64,000 nt of DNA from NCBI GenBank assembly GCA_950097015.1, contig CATNEN010000025.1, forward strand, positions 620,001 to 684,000. The letters are read 5' to 3'. The notes beneath the pieces were generated by a model. The model made no database searches. It had not been told where the DNA came from and saw nothing but the letters and a program-made list of their open reading frames with translations. How positions within the stretch are numbered: the stretch's first letter is position 1; each line of letters begins with the position of its first letter. Source of the stretch: Macrostomum hystrix (Eukaryota; Animalia; Platyhelminthes). This document shows, one piece after another, positions 49,004-61,759 of the stretch. The translations under genes were made by a program, and so were the position numbers.

Positions 49004-52000
49004 TCAGGTGAGCAATGCACGGTCTAAATTATAGCCGCCTAGTCCGCCTCCGCTGACGGAACTGCCGCCGCCTAAATTAGTCGGCAGTCGTTTATCTTTG
49101 ACTTTAAACGGCAGCTTGAGTCTGGCCAAAGACTTTGGCGGCTCGCTAGCAACCGGTTCTAACCGACTGGGTCGGCTAGTACCACGACTGCGCCGACGCT
49201 GCGGTTGGCTGCTGTCAGACTGCTGCTGCTGCTGATGATGATGATGATTGTCAGATTTCTTCTGCGAATCAGACGGGTCAGGATGCTGTTTCTGTTTAGT
49301 GCCCGATGGCTTGCCCTGTTTCTGCTGCTTAGACTTTGACTGAGTTTGAGCCTGACCAAATCTATCGGCGTACTGAGAAGTGAGTAGGGTGCGCTGAGCT
49401 GCCTGTTCAACCCTGGCCAGGTGGCGCATCTGCGATTCGCCCGGACGGCGGCGCAAATTAGCCTGTTTAGCCGGGGCGCGGCGCATTCCGGCGACGTCGC
49501 CAGCCTCCGGGTTGGTGCGCCGGCGAGATTTTAGATAGCGCCGGCGCTCCTTCGGCGACAGCTCTGAAGCGGGTAAGCAAGGAAGCGGGTGTTGATGGCG
49601 ATGGATAAAATTAAACTCGCAACCAAAATCGGAAAATAATCCGTGGACAACGCAGGAACCAGTATTACTTTATCATTTGAGCAGACGCAGATTTTTCTCT
49701 TCGGTTGAACGATTCGAACTCCCGACGTCTCAGTCAAAAGTCTAAAGGTAGGCTACAAACTCCGACATAATTCCATATTTCTCATTTCATTACAAGTCAA
49801 AAGACAAGAGTCTGTATAACGTTCTTTTACTATGGCGCACCATTTGGTGCCACTGGACCCGCAGCCAACGAGGAGGCAATTCTGCCCATTTCGCTGACTC
49901 CTGAGCACACACGCACACAGATTCTGTACGTAGGCAGGCACAGGTGTATACATCTGCCCAGACTTTCTCAGGCAGTGTACACTCTCATATTACCTTGAAG
50001 GTTGGCCCTAAAGGGCGTAAATTGCACGACCCCAAGTCCCCAAGTCCCCAAGCTTTCTCACCGCGGCTTGCCCCAAACTGAATGCGGCCTCGCAGCAGAA
50101 TCGAGCTCACGGACTTTGGCGCGAGAGGCGAATGCATCGCCAACTGACTCCCATTTACTATACTTAGCAGTCCTATAAGCCACTAATGAGCATATTAAAT
50201 TTGCAATCTTTCAAGCTCCATTAGATTCGCTGTAGGAGAACGAGCTAGGAAAACTGAAAAATCTAGGATTAGACTGATAGGATAACATACTCAAAATTTC
50301 GTCATTAACGGAATCAGAAGAAAATTCGTACATATCTTAGGCAAGGACTCGAATATGCGTTAACTGCTTTGATGCGAGCTCGAAGCAAGAAATTTCATCT
50401 ATCTGAGCTGCATTTAACACACGATAATGCAAGCAGAAATATGAGAGCAGTTCCTGTTTGTGTCTGACACTGGTTATTTCGATCAGCATGAGAATCGTGA
50501 GCCTGGTGAGGATAAACAAGGAAAATGCTAGAAACACACTCCCACAGTACACCAAGAATCGACAAGAAAAAATAACTTACAGGAAATGCGACTGAACGTG
50601 ACAACCAATGCGAGAATAGGAAAATAAGTAATTTTTTAATTCATTGATAGACGCTGACAATATGCTAAACAGTCGCTTACAATCCATGAAATTATAGTGC
50701 CTTATAATGAACTCCACTAATTACACATTACCGGGGATTTTAAAGGCTTATATTTCCAACCCATTGAACAACGGAACTCAAACATTATGAACTTTGTGCT
50801 ATAAGACAAAGCTTTATGGTTAAAATAAGAAAGACTAATGATTTTGAAATACTCAATTGACCACCTGAATTGAAAATAATGATATAGCCTAGCAGCCTTG
50901 CACAATTATTGCCCCAGAAAAGAAGACAAGAAATAATCTGTCTAAAAAATCCGATAATAAAATTCTAAGGCGCTAATGATATGAAAGAGGCAATAAAAAC
51001 TTTTCTTTCTAAATTTCTACTTTCTTAGCGCATTATATATTGACAAAAATATACAACTACAACATTAGTGATTCACTCGTAAACTCACCTTTTATATATG
51101 CTTAGAATGATTTGGAACAACTGACAATTATACGCCGTATATTAACCAACAATACTACTTACAAAAAGTATAAAAGTAGTATGCTACGCAACTAACACGA
51201 AATTAGATTAAAAAAGGAAATAATTTTTCTTTTTATTAAGCCACATTTCTTTCAGTTAATCAAACGAAAATGATTAGTAACAAGTAACCAAATATTATAA
51301 TTATAAATTATAAAGGGTATTTATAATATTTGCAAGTAACTACTAAATAAAAAGAAGCTGATAAAAACGTACTTTCTATATTCTAGGGAAAAACCACCAG
51401 ACCATCAGTCCACTGGTGGCACTAAAGAACTTTAGTGCACTGACCAATACCCTAGAACTTTAGTGCACTGACCACTACCCTAGAACTTTAGTGCACTGAC
51501 CACTACCCTAGAACTTTAGTGCACTGACCAATACCCTAGAACTTTAGTGCACTGACCACTACCCTAGAACTTTAGTGCACTGACCAATACCCTAGAACTT
51601 TAGTGCACTGACCAATACCCTAGAACTCTAGTGCACTGACCAATATCCTAGAACTTTAGTGCACTGACCAATACCCTAGAACTTTAGTGCACTGACCAAT
51701 ACCCTAGAACTTTAGTGCACTGATCATTGTTGACCAATTACCAAAGAATTTTACCATAGAAAGCACAGGCCAATGCCCTAGAACTTAAGTGCACTGAGCA
51801 TTGTTGACCAATACCAAAGAATTTTACCATAGAAAGCACAGGCCAGTGCCCTAGAACTTAAGTGCACTGACAAATACGCACCCGAACAAACAATCTATAA
51901 GCTTATCAAAGCATGATTTAAGCAATTACAAGGCGCAACAAACTAACCTGCCACTTTTTTCAGCCACATAAACTCGCGTAACGACCTCGGCAGGAAGCGA

Positions 52001-52242
52001 TCCTCTTTATCTCCAGGCGCCAAATCCCCACCAACTGGAGCTGTGGCCGGCGACCAGCCGACATCAGCAACATCTGGCTCCGAGTAGGGTCTAACCTTTT
52101 TGTGTCTGCGTGACTTCTGGCGCTTATTGTACACTGGACGCTGTTGCAGTAGCTGCTGATTTTCTTGCTTCCTTTTCTGCTTTAACTTCTGCCAATACTG
52201 CGGCTTTTTCTGTGCATCCGCGTGCTTACTCGCTGGCTTCAT
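49004..52242 (-). CDS. CCDC137: Coiled-coil domain-containing protein 137-like, about 284 aa
   Basis: Exons 52242-51948 and 49563-49004, phase 1. LPRSLREFMWLK and RRRPGESQMRHLARVEQAAQRTLLTSQ resemble the CCDC137 IPFRLREIM and KQRKGES motifs; basic, low-complexity protein. Confidence 0.72.
49780..50150 (-). mobile_element. SINE family 2 copy in the CCDC137 intron
   Basis: The reverse complement matches 27680-27950 (GTCCGTGAGCTCGATTC, GTGTGCTCAGGA, GGGCAGAATTGCCTCC). Confidence 0.8.
51420..51870. repeat. 28-bp minisatellite in the CCDC137 intron
   Basis: CCCTAGAACTTTAGTGCACTGACCAATA repeated. Confidence 0.95.
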
Positions 52243-53120
52243 TATCTGAATTGATTTATTTGCTTATAATTTAGCGAACAGACTAGCATAGATTTATCAT
52301 ACCATAGAAAATGTAATGCATGCAAGTAGTAAATACAGTATATAACTGTAGGTCATTTCAGATGGGCAAGAATAGTCACTATAGTTCAAAATTCTTATGG
52401 CATACTACAAGTTATTAGTTATTAGGTTCCACTTAGATTTCAGCACTAAAGGCTCATAAGGCAAATAAAGCTGGTTGCTGATACTATTATAAAGGTTTGT
52501 GATAAACACAAAGAAATTGAACAAATTCAGATATACTCAAACATTGCTAGGCAAATAGGCTAAAAATAGCAGCTCAATGAAATGGTTAGGTTATGGTTAC
52601 ACCTTTGATATACCATCAAATGTGGCGCATCTGAAGACTGCTTATGGCTGTTCAGTCTATGGACTAGGGGGACAACACACCCACCCTCAATTATAATGTA
52701 TTTGTGCCATAAAATAAATGATTCTTAACTGAAGTGGATATATAGGGTCCTTTTCGTAGAATAGTTCTGGACTATTAATTAAAACACTAAACACACCGTT
52801 TTGTTTTGTTTTTATTTGAGTTTGCATGTGATAATTAGAATAAGATGATAAATTAATAAAAATGAATGGCTTGATGTTTGACTGCTGGTTTTAGAAAACA
52901 CTTTTCACTCATTTTTATCTTTCCTGTATCTCGCCGTTTATTCCCCAGTTGGATTGGCCCATAGACCAATTAAATTTATTTTTTGGCCATTGAAATTTAT
53001 CTGGCCGGGACAGATAAACATTTATCTGGTCCGGTGACAATTATCTGGCTTCAACTGTGGAATAAATACATTATCAACCACTTGTTTGACTTATCTATGG
53101 CCGAAAACGTCTTCGGACAT

Positions 53121-53157
53121 CGTTTCTTGGCCGAGGCGAAGCCTCGGCCAATAAACG
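53121..53157 (+). other. 17-bp-stem hairpin with a GCGAAGC core
   Basis: CGTTTCTTGGCCGAGGC-GAA-GCCTCGGCCAATAAACG, one mismatch. Confidence 0.9.
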
Positions 53158-53408
53158 AGTCCTCAGCCGTTCCCGGCCAAAATAAATAAAAAAAGTGGGT
53201 GATAACTTATACTTAATTCACATTCTGTGATTAGAAAGTCCGAGGCAGCATTTAATGGTCTCGAGGCGAGCAAAGCCTGAGTTATTGTTATTTTTATTTG
53301 AACCATAGACAAATGTTCATTACGAAAGCAAAGAAGAAAGCGGATGAAGTCTTTAATGCCGAAAGCCACAAAATCCAGTCTTGGATGCAGCAAAAGCAAT
53401 GTAACGAT

Positions 53409-53512
53409 ATATACCCGATTTTTTTCGGCAGCAATTGCGTAAGCTGAAGCCGCGTAGCGGCCGCGTAGCGGCTTCAGCTTACGCAATTGCTGCCGAAAAA
53501 AATCGGGTATAT
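53409..53512 (+). other. Perfect 104-nt T-shaped palindrome
   Basis: A 41-bp perfect stem (53409-53449 with 53472-53512) is capped by two identical CCGC-GTA-GCGG hairpins. Confidence 0.95.
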
Positions 53513-53516
53513 GTCA

Positions 53517-55393
53517 TTATTGTACCCTTTTGACTTCCCTTGTCTATGGCCCAGACATAGTGCGGATGCTGAGTATGAAATGCGATTGTTGCCGGAATGT
53601 TGCCGGAGAGCAAATTTAGTCGCTCTCTAAATGAAAGGGTTGTAGAGATAATTAATCGTTTATGGCAAATTTAAAGGACAGTGAAGACAGCTAGCCTGGC
53701 TGCCATGAGTTAATTCTCAAGTTGATTTTGAGCTTGAATTAATTCTCCTATTCGGAGTGCAAATAGGAAAAGTAGCTATGATTCGCTACGCAAACATTCC
53801 TGGCGGAGAAATATGTGGACTCTCCACGGACGAGTTGGCTTTTGTCACCCGAGAGTCGAGCACGCGCTACGTTCTGGAGATGGACAACCTGGATGCGTCG
53901 TCCAGTTCCAACGGGCTGCCTGAGCTACGTAGCGAAGATCTGGAAATGTTGGACCGACTTGAGAGTGACTCAGTGCCGAAATCGACCGAGACGCAACGGA
54001 AGCTTCACGTGGCAAGGTTCCGACAGTTCCTCAACGAGAAGGGGCTCTGCCAGGAGTTTGAGCGTGTTCCGGATCGATTTTTGAACGATTATCTGAGGCT
54101 TTTCTATTCATCCCTTCGAAAGCAGGATGGAACTTACTATGCGCCAAAGTCTCTCATCTGTTTTCGTGCGGCTATTCAACGCCACCTGCAATCCCCGTCC
54201 GTTAATCGCCAGGTGAACATCGTTACCGGAGAAGCCTTCAAGCGTTGCAATTGCGTTCTTGTCGCCATGGTGAAAATGTACATGGAAGGACACGTCGAGA
54301 AGGTAGACAAATACGAAGCTATTTCCGAGGACGACATGCAAACAATTCGCGCATACTTTGACCGAACGTCCCTTCGTAAACTGCAGGACGAAAACATTTT
54401 CAACGTTCTGCTCCATTTCGCACTGCGAGGCCGAGAAAATCTGAGAGAGTTGACACCTGGATGTTTTGAGATAGTGTCAGAAGGAGGTACGGAGTTTGTA
54501 CGCGTCGCTGTCGCCATGCTGTCGAAAAATGTTAAAGCGTCGTTGAACGAGAAGGCATTCAAGGATCTCAAGTTAGCTCGGATGTACAGCGTGCAAGACA
54601 AAACTGTTTGTCCCGTCGAAGCCTTTAAAATGTACGTCTCTTAACTACCGAATGGATGTGAGGTGTTGTTCCCAAGGCTCAATAAGTCTGGCTTCTCAGC
54701 CTGCCAACGACTCGGCAAAGATTCACTTGGAGACTTCATGAAGAATCTGAGTGCGTGTCTGGCTCTGCAGCGGAAGTACACCAACCATTGTGTGCGAGTA
54801 ACCACGGTGAGTAAAGATCGCATGGCCTACTCACTTCAGTAAAACTGTAAGAATACTGTCTTACCCAACTGCTGAAACTTAGGTGAACTGTTTGGCCAAG
54901 GCCGGTTTCGATAATCAAGCGATTACACTAATGACGGGACACAAGAATTCGAGCTCAGTGGATGTATACAAGCGGCGAGACATGGACTGTGTGGCCCGAA
55001 TGAGCGCTTGTCTGGCTGCCTATGGGTCCAAAGTCACCAAGATTGACGACGATGCGGAATCCACCATCGAAAGTGTGACAACTGGGTCTGATAGAGGCGA
55101 GCTGATGAAAGCACCCGAGGGCGGCCAAGACCTGCCGAGAAGCCTCTGTGGTGGTCAGTTCCACAACTGCACATTCAACTTTTACGGAAAGTAAAACAAT
55201 TGATTCGATCGGTTTGTTCTTAAGAACTTTTTGTGACTATGAAACACTTTCGCCGTGTTGCTATTGTTGTTCCTTGTTTTGATAGCCAAATACATTCGTC
55301 TGAAATCCGGCAACAATCGAAAAAAGCCGACAAACAATTAAATTGTTACCGCAAGTATGAATGCCGGAAACCATAGACAAAAGGGTACAATAA
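53517..55393 (+). mobile_element. Crypton-like tyrosine recombinase transposon cassette with inverted repeats
   Basis: TTATTGTACCCTTTTG..TCTATGG (53517-53549) is inverted to CCATAGACAAAAGGGTACAATAA (55371-55393). A perfect 14-bp subterminal IR CGATTGTTGCCGGA lies at 53583-53596 and 55306-55319. Confidence 0.7.
53778..55194 (+). pseudogene. DUF3504/KCTD1-type tyrosine recombinase with one nonsense codon and one intron
   Basis: ALRGRE (R), in-frame TAA at 54642-54644 (YVS*LP), YTNHCVR (H-x-x-R), intron 54807-54882 (GTGAGT..TTAG), then TGHKNSSSVDVYKR (H, Y). Start position uncertain (53778 or 53880). Confidence 0.82.
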
Positions 55394-55396
55394 AAC

Positions 55397-55830
55397 ATGG
55401 ACAGCATTGACGAGGACTTCAACTTTGATGCCTTTTTGGTGTCCCTTAGAAAACTCAGCTTTTCACTGTAATTTTTCTAATTGGAAAGGTGTACGGACTG
55501 CGAGGAGGGCGCGAACTACATGAGCTGGAGTTTAACAAGCAAATCCAGTTGACTACTGAAGGCTCCGAAGAGTTGCTGGTGTATACGGAGAATACAGTTT
55601 CAAAAGTGAGATCATGTGGTTTGAAGACTTTCAAGCGGCCAATTAAGCGTAATGTCGCATACCATACTGTTGACCATAATCGCTGCCTGGTCTGTCTGTA
55701 CAAGCGATACATCAGTCTCCGGCCCAACCAGTGTACCAAGCCGCAACTCTTTCTGTCCTGGTTTAGAAACGATGCCACAGTTCGTGCAGGGAAGTTTCAA
55801 AACCAAGCACTCGGGCATAGTCCGACATAG
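55397..55830 (+). pseudogene. Second, divergent DUF3504-type recombinase fragment, internally deleted
   Basis: Short MDSIDEDFNFDAFL start, then after an acceptor-like site GLRGGRELHEL..LVYTENTVSK..RCLVCLYKRYISLRP..QALG. The catalytic C-terminus is missing. Confidence 0.7.
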
Positions 55831-56046
55831 TCCGACATATGCTTGCTTCTTGTCAGTTAATCGCCATTGATCTACATCCTGGCCAGACACATGGGTACTA
55901 TGTGGAATTCTATGGGATTCTATGGTCGATCTTCTAAATTAGCCATTTATGCACATGCACTGCATGCAATCACAAGGTTAACCATAATTAATTTAAAATA
56001 AATTGTGGCTTTGTGTGTCTGGTTTGCCCTTTAAATTAAAATTAAA

Positions 56047-56990
56047 GTGCGATCTGACACCGGCAGAATGTTTTTTCGGCTTGCAGCCGCCTTCCCTAAC
56101 GAGTCTCCATCTCAAGCAACTGTTTACAACTGGTATCGCGAGTTTCGTTTGAAGCGCACCAGCCTGAGTGATGAAGATCGCAGCGGCCGGCCCTCGACAG
56201 TTGTAACCCAGCACAACATAAATGAAGTAGAGCGACTGGTAAATGAGAACAGGCACATAACCTATGATGAGTTACAGTCGCAACTGGGCATTGGATTGGG
56301 GCAGGTGAATGCAATCCTACACCAACACCTTGGCCTTCGGAAGCTGTGCACCCGATGGGTACCCCATTCGCTGTCACTTGAGCAGAGACGTGCAAGGGTG
56401 ACTGGTGCGAGAAGCATTAAGAAAGCTTTTTGATATTGTTAATGGTGATGAGACTTGGGTGTACCTGTATGACTCAGAGACAAAGCGTCAGTCCACAGTC
56501 TGGTGCTTTTCCAGTGATGATCATCCAACCAAGTTGCAGAGACCCCAGAGTGTTGGAAAGAAGATGGTGGCCTCCTTCATCACTGTCTCTGGCCATCTGG
56601 TGTTGGTGCCCCTTGAGGACCATCGCAAAGTGACGGCAGCATGGTAGACCAGCCACTGCCTTCCTTAAGTCATCAGCGCTTGGTGCCAAAGGTGGCCAAA
56701 CACAGGCCTCCAGCTGCACCAGGACAATGCGAGCGCTCACACTGCATCACTGATTTCGCGTTCCAGGAGCAAAATTGAGTGAAACTGGTCTCCCACCCAC
56801 CATACTTGCCTGACTTAGCCCCCTGCTACTTTTTTCTTTTCTTAACAGTCAAGCAGCAAATTAAGGGCCAGAGATTTGAGTCTCCAGGCATAGCCTTGTA
56901 ATCCTAAATGCATGTGATGGACACCCTGCCAAGTTCGGCCTTCTCACAAGCTTTTGAGCAGTGGTTTTGCAGAATGGAGAAGTGCATCGT
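56047..56990 (+). mobile_element. Decayed mariner transposase
   Basis: N-terminal HTH (VYNWYREF, EDRSGRPST), WVPH, IVNGDETW, LHQDNA and HPPYLPDLAP. Frameshifts and stops present; third catalytic Asp lost; TIRs not found. Confidence 0.88.
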
Positions 56991-59900
56991 TGGGAGCTGG
57001 AGGGAGTTGGAAGCATTATTTTGCAGTTGTACTTGAATAGGAATGTTACATATTGTCATTTGCTATTAATCTAATAGCCCAGACAATAAAGACACTTGGC
57101 TAACCCATAGAAAAAAAATTGTTTTTTTTCTGTTAATCTATATTTATTTCTTTTCTTATTCTTTATTTTGAGCTGTAACAAAAACTATGCCTTAAAATAT
57201 ATGTTAAACTTTCACCTTATGCTGTTCCACACACTATTCCACATGCTAGTTTTTCTAGTTTAGCAAGACTACTAGCTTTAGACAATTAAATACTACCTTA
57301 AAATGGTCTTAAAAATCGCACTCTGAAATTTGACTTGCTGCGAAAAGCGCAACAGAATTTTTTGCAAGGATGTGATGCGGATTTCATAGGATCATCATTA
57401 GATGGTTTGGATAGACAGAAACTTTGAAACACACTCTTAGTATTAGACCAGCTTTTGTCTGCAGCAGTGCAGCACACCCTGGTCTTAAAAATCATACCCT
57501 GAAATCTACCATAGGGTGCGAAATCGTACCCAAGTTATAGACAAAAAAACCCAGTCCTTGGCCCATACATAATGTGCAGAATAGCATAGGGAATAGGGTG
57601 CGGTGAAAGTTTAACACATTTCAAAATATGAATAAATTGAATAGAAACAGTAAGAATGATAAAACATTCAATTATACAAATATATAAGAGAAAAAATTAT
57701 CAAAACATGCTAAGCCATTAGAAAAAATATCTAGAGTTTAATCATCTAACCTAATGTGTAAAAAGATCGATATTAACCAATGCCAATAGAACTAAGTACA
57801 TAAGGTCAACAAATGTTTACAAAGCTAGGCCCTACTGTAACATTTTTTAAAACTTAATAGTGTAAAATAGTGAGAATTCAGTTGGTTATATTTTTTGGAC
57901 ATGGGGGTCCATGCTCTTACATAAAAAATTACTCGCTTTTTTTACTTAATTTCAAAGCTAGAGGCCAACAAAGTGACGCAAAAAGCTCCGGATATGTAAG
58001 ACAAGAGCCAACGCAACGCCCAACTTAATTAAAAGATACTCTACATACCTACCAGTACACTGCTTTGTTAGGCATACAAACAATGAGGTTACATTACCAT
58101 GGAAACAATGATGGCAATGCAGTCAGATAGTCCATGGCGATTGACCATCTGACTGCAGGTCCTATGCGTTGGTGAGTTTCTCCGCATGTGCTGTTTGATT
58201 GGTTCTACAACATTTCGACATTTCGACTTTCGTAGTGTTTCTTAGAAACTCTAGAACATGTTCATGGAAAGAATTTTTCGATATTTGTTAGTTGTTACAT
58301 ATAGAAATTACATTGGCTGCCAAAATATTCATATATATAGAAGTATAAATTCTGTCAGACCGACACAAAGTTATAGCATACCTAAAAGCACATGGGTCCT
58401 TACTTTTTGTCTCTTCTTACCTTAAACAACACCGCAAAAAAAGATTATTTGGAATTCTAACAAGAAATTTTTAAGGAATTTAAAATAGACATACCCAAAT
58501 TTCATTACTTTTTTTTTATTTAATCGCAGTGTAAATAAAAAATTAAAATAAAGCATAATATATTTACTTTTTGTTTTACTTTTTGTACGTTAAGCATAGC
58601 AATTTTCAAAATATGTAAATATTTTGTTTCAACTTCCTTGTACAGTAAAGTTAGTAAAGCGGCAATACCAATACGTAAAAGTTGGAGGATTTTTTTAAGA
58701 AGCAATTTTTTAACTCCAAGTGCTAGTATATATTTATTACGATTTGCTAATTTTTTACTACTTTAATGAAAGCTTTCGATAGATTTTATTTCTTGCCGTT
58801 TTTAATAATGGCTTGCACACTTACATTAAGTGCGAATGGCCAAGACTATTATACAAGTAAGTTTTCAGTGACAATCCTTTTCTTTATTATTTTATTTTAT
58901 CAATTCTGTACGTGACTGTAGCTAAAAAATATCGATGTATTGTAGGCCCTAATATCCAGTATTTCAGTCTGCCAGGCCTAGGCTAGTGTCAAACTTCTTA
59001 ATATATTAGGCCTAGTTAATTTTTTATCCTTAACTTATTTTTTGTGAGTTATTGGCTATGTATATATGTATTTTGTCTCAAATACATGTTGCTGATGCTT
59101 GCTTTAAAGCTGGCCACATGGCTGCTTCAAAGGCCAAAGGGCATAGTACCAAGACTGCCACACACCCCAGTGTTTGGATTGTGTATTGGTGAATGCGGGA
59201 ACAAAATTCGCATCCCTATCTCCTGTACGCCAATGTATGCCAACAGACTTCTATTGCACATGAAAATATGCCAAGAAAAGAATAATCATGTATAACAAAA
59301 ACATATTTATTACAATAAATGTTAGTATAGGCCTAAACATAACTGACATGATTTTCATTTAAGTTTTCTGTTCATTTTTAGGAGCTTTTCTTTGATCAAC
59401 ATTTAGCAACTCCATTTTAATTTATGCACACAGATACTATGCTATGCCAAAATAGAACTTGGTCATTTTTTTGTTCTGGTTAGCTTTTGGAACTTGGTCA
59501 TCTGCCTCCACCTGCTATCTTGGTGGTATATGCCAATCTATACTAAGGGGTATACCAGGCCCCTCTGTACGCCAATGTGTTGTGCTAAATCCCTTTTGTA
59601 CTCCAGATTCAGGTGTATATGTATACCATCCTGAGTCTGGCAGACACCTAGACCACCATAGCTCTGACTATAACCATGGATGAGAGATTGCCATTTTACC
59701 CCCTTTCTTATTGGCCAAGATTAAGGTTGAGAATGAGATATTGCTCTCTAGAGGATAGAGATAGGTCATGGGCTATTATTTCATGGTATGTTTAACTTTC
59801 ATGCCTAAAAATGTGCTAATTTAGACAAAATGACAATTTTTACTAGTGCAAAGGCTTCACCAGCTACTATAGTAATTATTGCACAAAGTTGTATAGAGTT

Positions 59901-61759
59901 AGATATGTTTAAATAATATGAAAGTGTTTTGAGCCCTGAGTATAACAGAGCTCTTAAAAGCAAATGGCAATATTTATATTAGTTTGCTAAAAAATAGCAA
60001 TAATCCATTAAAATGATGACTTAAGATATAATGTATTTTGGTATATATTTCATTGAGTAAAATGCATATAAATGTGCTCTTTGGCCAATTGCTCACATTC
60101 TTTTTCTCTATGTATTGATGCATTCTCTTAGTTTGTTTCTATAGTATTCTAGTCTTATAGTTGGGATCGTGGCATGTGTGTCCCAGAATTAATTTAAGCC
60201 TTTAATCTAGCTAATCTAGCTTTAAAATCTGCCTAATGCTCTAGAAAAAGTTTTAATTTATGCCTTAATGCTCTGAAAAACTTCTTTCTATGAATAAATT
60301 TCCATAGCATTCATTTCTGTCACAATGCTATGGAAAAGTTGAAGATTTTCCCTTAAACACTATGGAAAAAATCTGTTAATCAGTCATTTAATCATTATTG
60401 TTGATGCCCCAGTAATGGCCAACAAATGAGAAATGTTGCTCTGGAATCTCATTGAACACTTTGTTGACATTATAGGGATTGACTATGGTTTTAGTCTTCT
60501 TCTCAATCTAGGCTATTGCAGATCTATTTTGAACTTATATTTACTCCGACTATTCATTCCTTTTCTGCATCGAACTGTTTGCTTTTACTCACTGTCTCCT
60601 TCCCCCTATTTCCCTCTAATCCCCCTCCCTCTCTCCTTCACTCTCTGTCTCCCTCTCTTTTTCCCTCTCTCTATTTGTAACCCATTTCACACAGTGATCT
60701 CCCTAGGGTATCTTTTTAGTCAGTTTGTATTTAAAACTGATCTACAGGTTGTATTTGTTTTATACAAAGGATTTAATTATCTACTCTTCTTGCTTTTCTT
60801 GACTTTTCTTGCTGTTCTTTATTTGAAACTGATCTTGGTTCTATACCAAGGATATAAGCATGTAATTATCAATGCCTCCACATATATGAAGACATAATGG
60901 CTACTTTGCCTGGAAAAGAAGCTTTAAAGCAAATCGCAACTTTAGACATCTAACTAAGCAATGCATACAAACATCTGCCTGTATTTGTAAGTACTTTTAT
61001 TCATAATTTTATTATGAGTACACATAATACATGTAGATAGAAACTGATACTACTACACTCATACAAATACTTGTATAGATAAATAAATTATGTACAATTT
61101 TGAAAGCAAGATGTCTTCCTTCTTTTTACTACAGTAGTGACCACCTATGCTTTTGCCACAATCTATAGTTATCCAAACATACCTACTGCTTGACCCAGCC
61201 TGTCAATAAAAAACATTCTTGTCAATTTTTTTGGATTGTATTATATACAATTGTTAATGATTCATAATGGAAGCTTAGCAACAGTCAAGGGACTTGATTT
61301 TTTGTGTCTTAACATAAAACTTGGCACAAGTTTAAATTAAATTTGCTGATCAGTGGTAAAAACAGCACCCAGCAACAAGAAGGCTGCTTGTAAATAGTTG
61401 AGGTGTAAGCAGTATAGGTGAGTGTATCAGTAATTCAAGTAAATTTTACAATTTACTTCATGTCAAAAAAATAAAGAGCCTCAAGCTCCTAACACCCGGC
61501 TGCTACATACATGCCAGATTGGATTTGTGTGGACATGCATGGCTGCAATGCAATAGATAGGTGTTGTTTTGTTTACATCCACATGTATAAGTTTTATAAT
61601 TTATAATATGTATAATTTGGAATTCGAATAAGTTTTTTTATACACAGTGCATGGTTATGTCTTTTGCCAAAAGCAAAGAGAAAGAAAGAAAAGAAGTGTG
61701 AAATTATGAGTTCTAAGACGAGTAAGTTAGGAGTAAAAAACAAGCACGCGTTTGTTAGC

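Noticed and set aside
57100-61700. Short ORFs in the AT-rich stretch, such as 59459-59683 and 60433-60897
   Set aside because: Low-complexity F/L/I-rich translations with no motifs or consistent exon chain.
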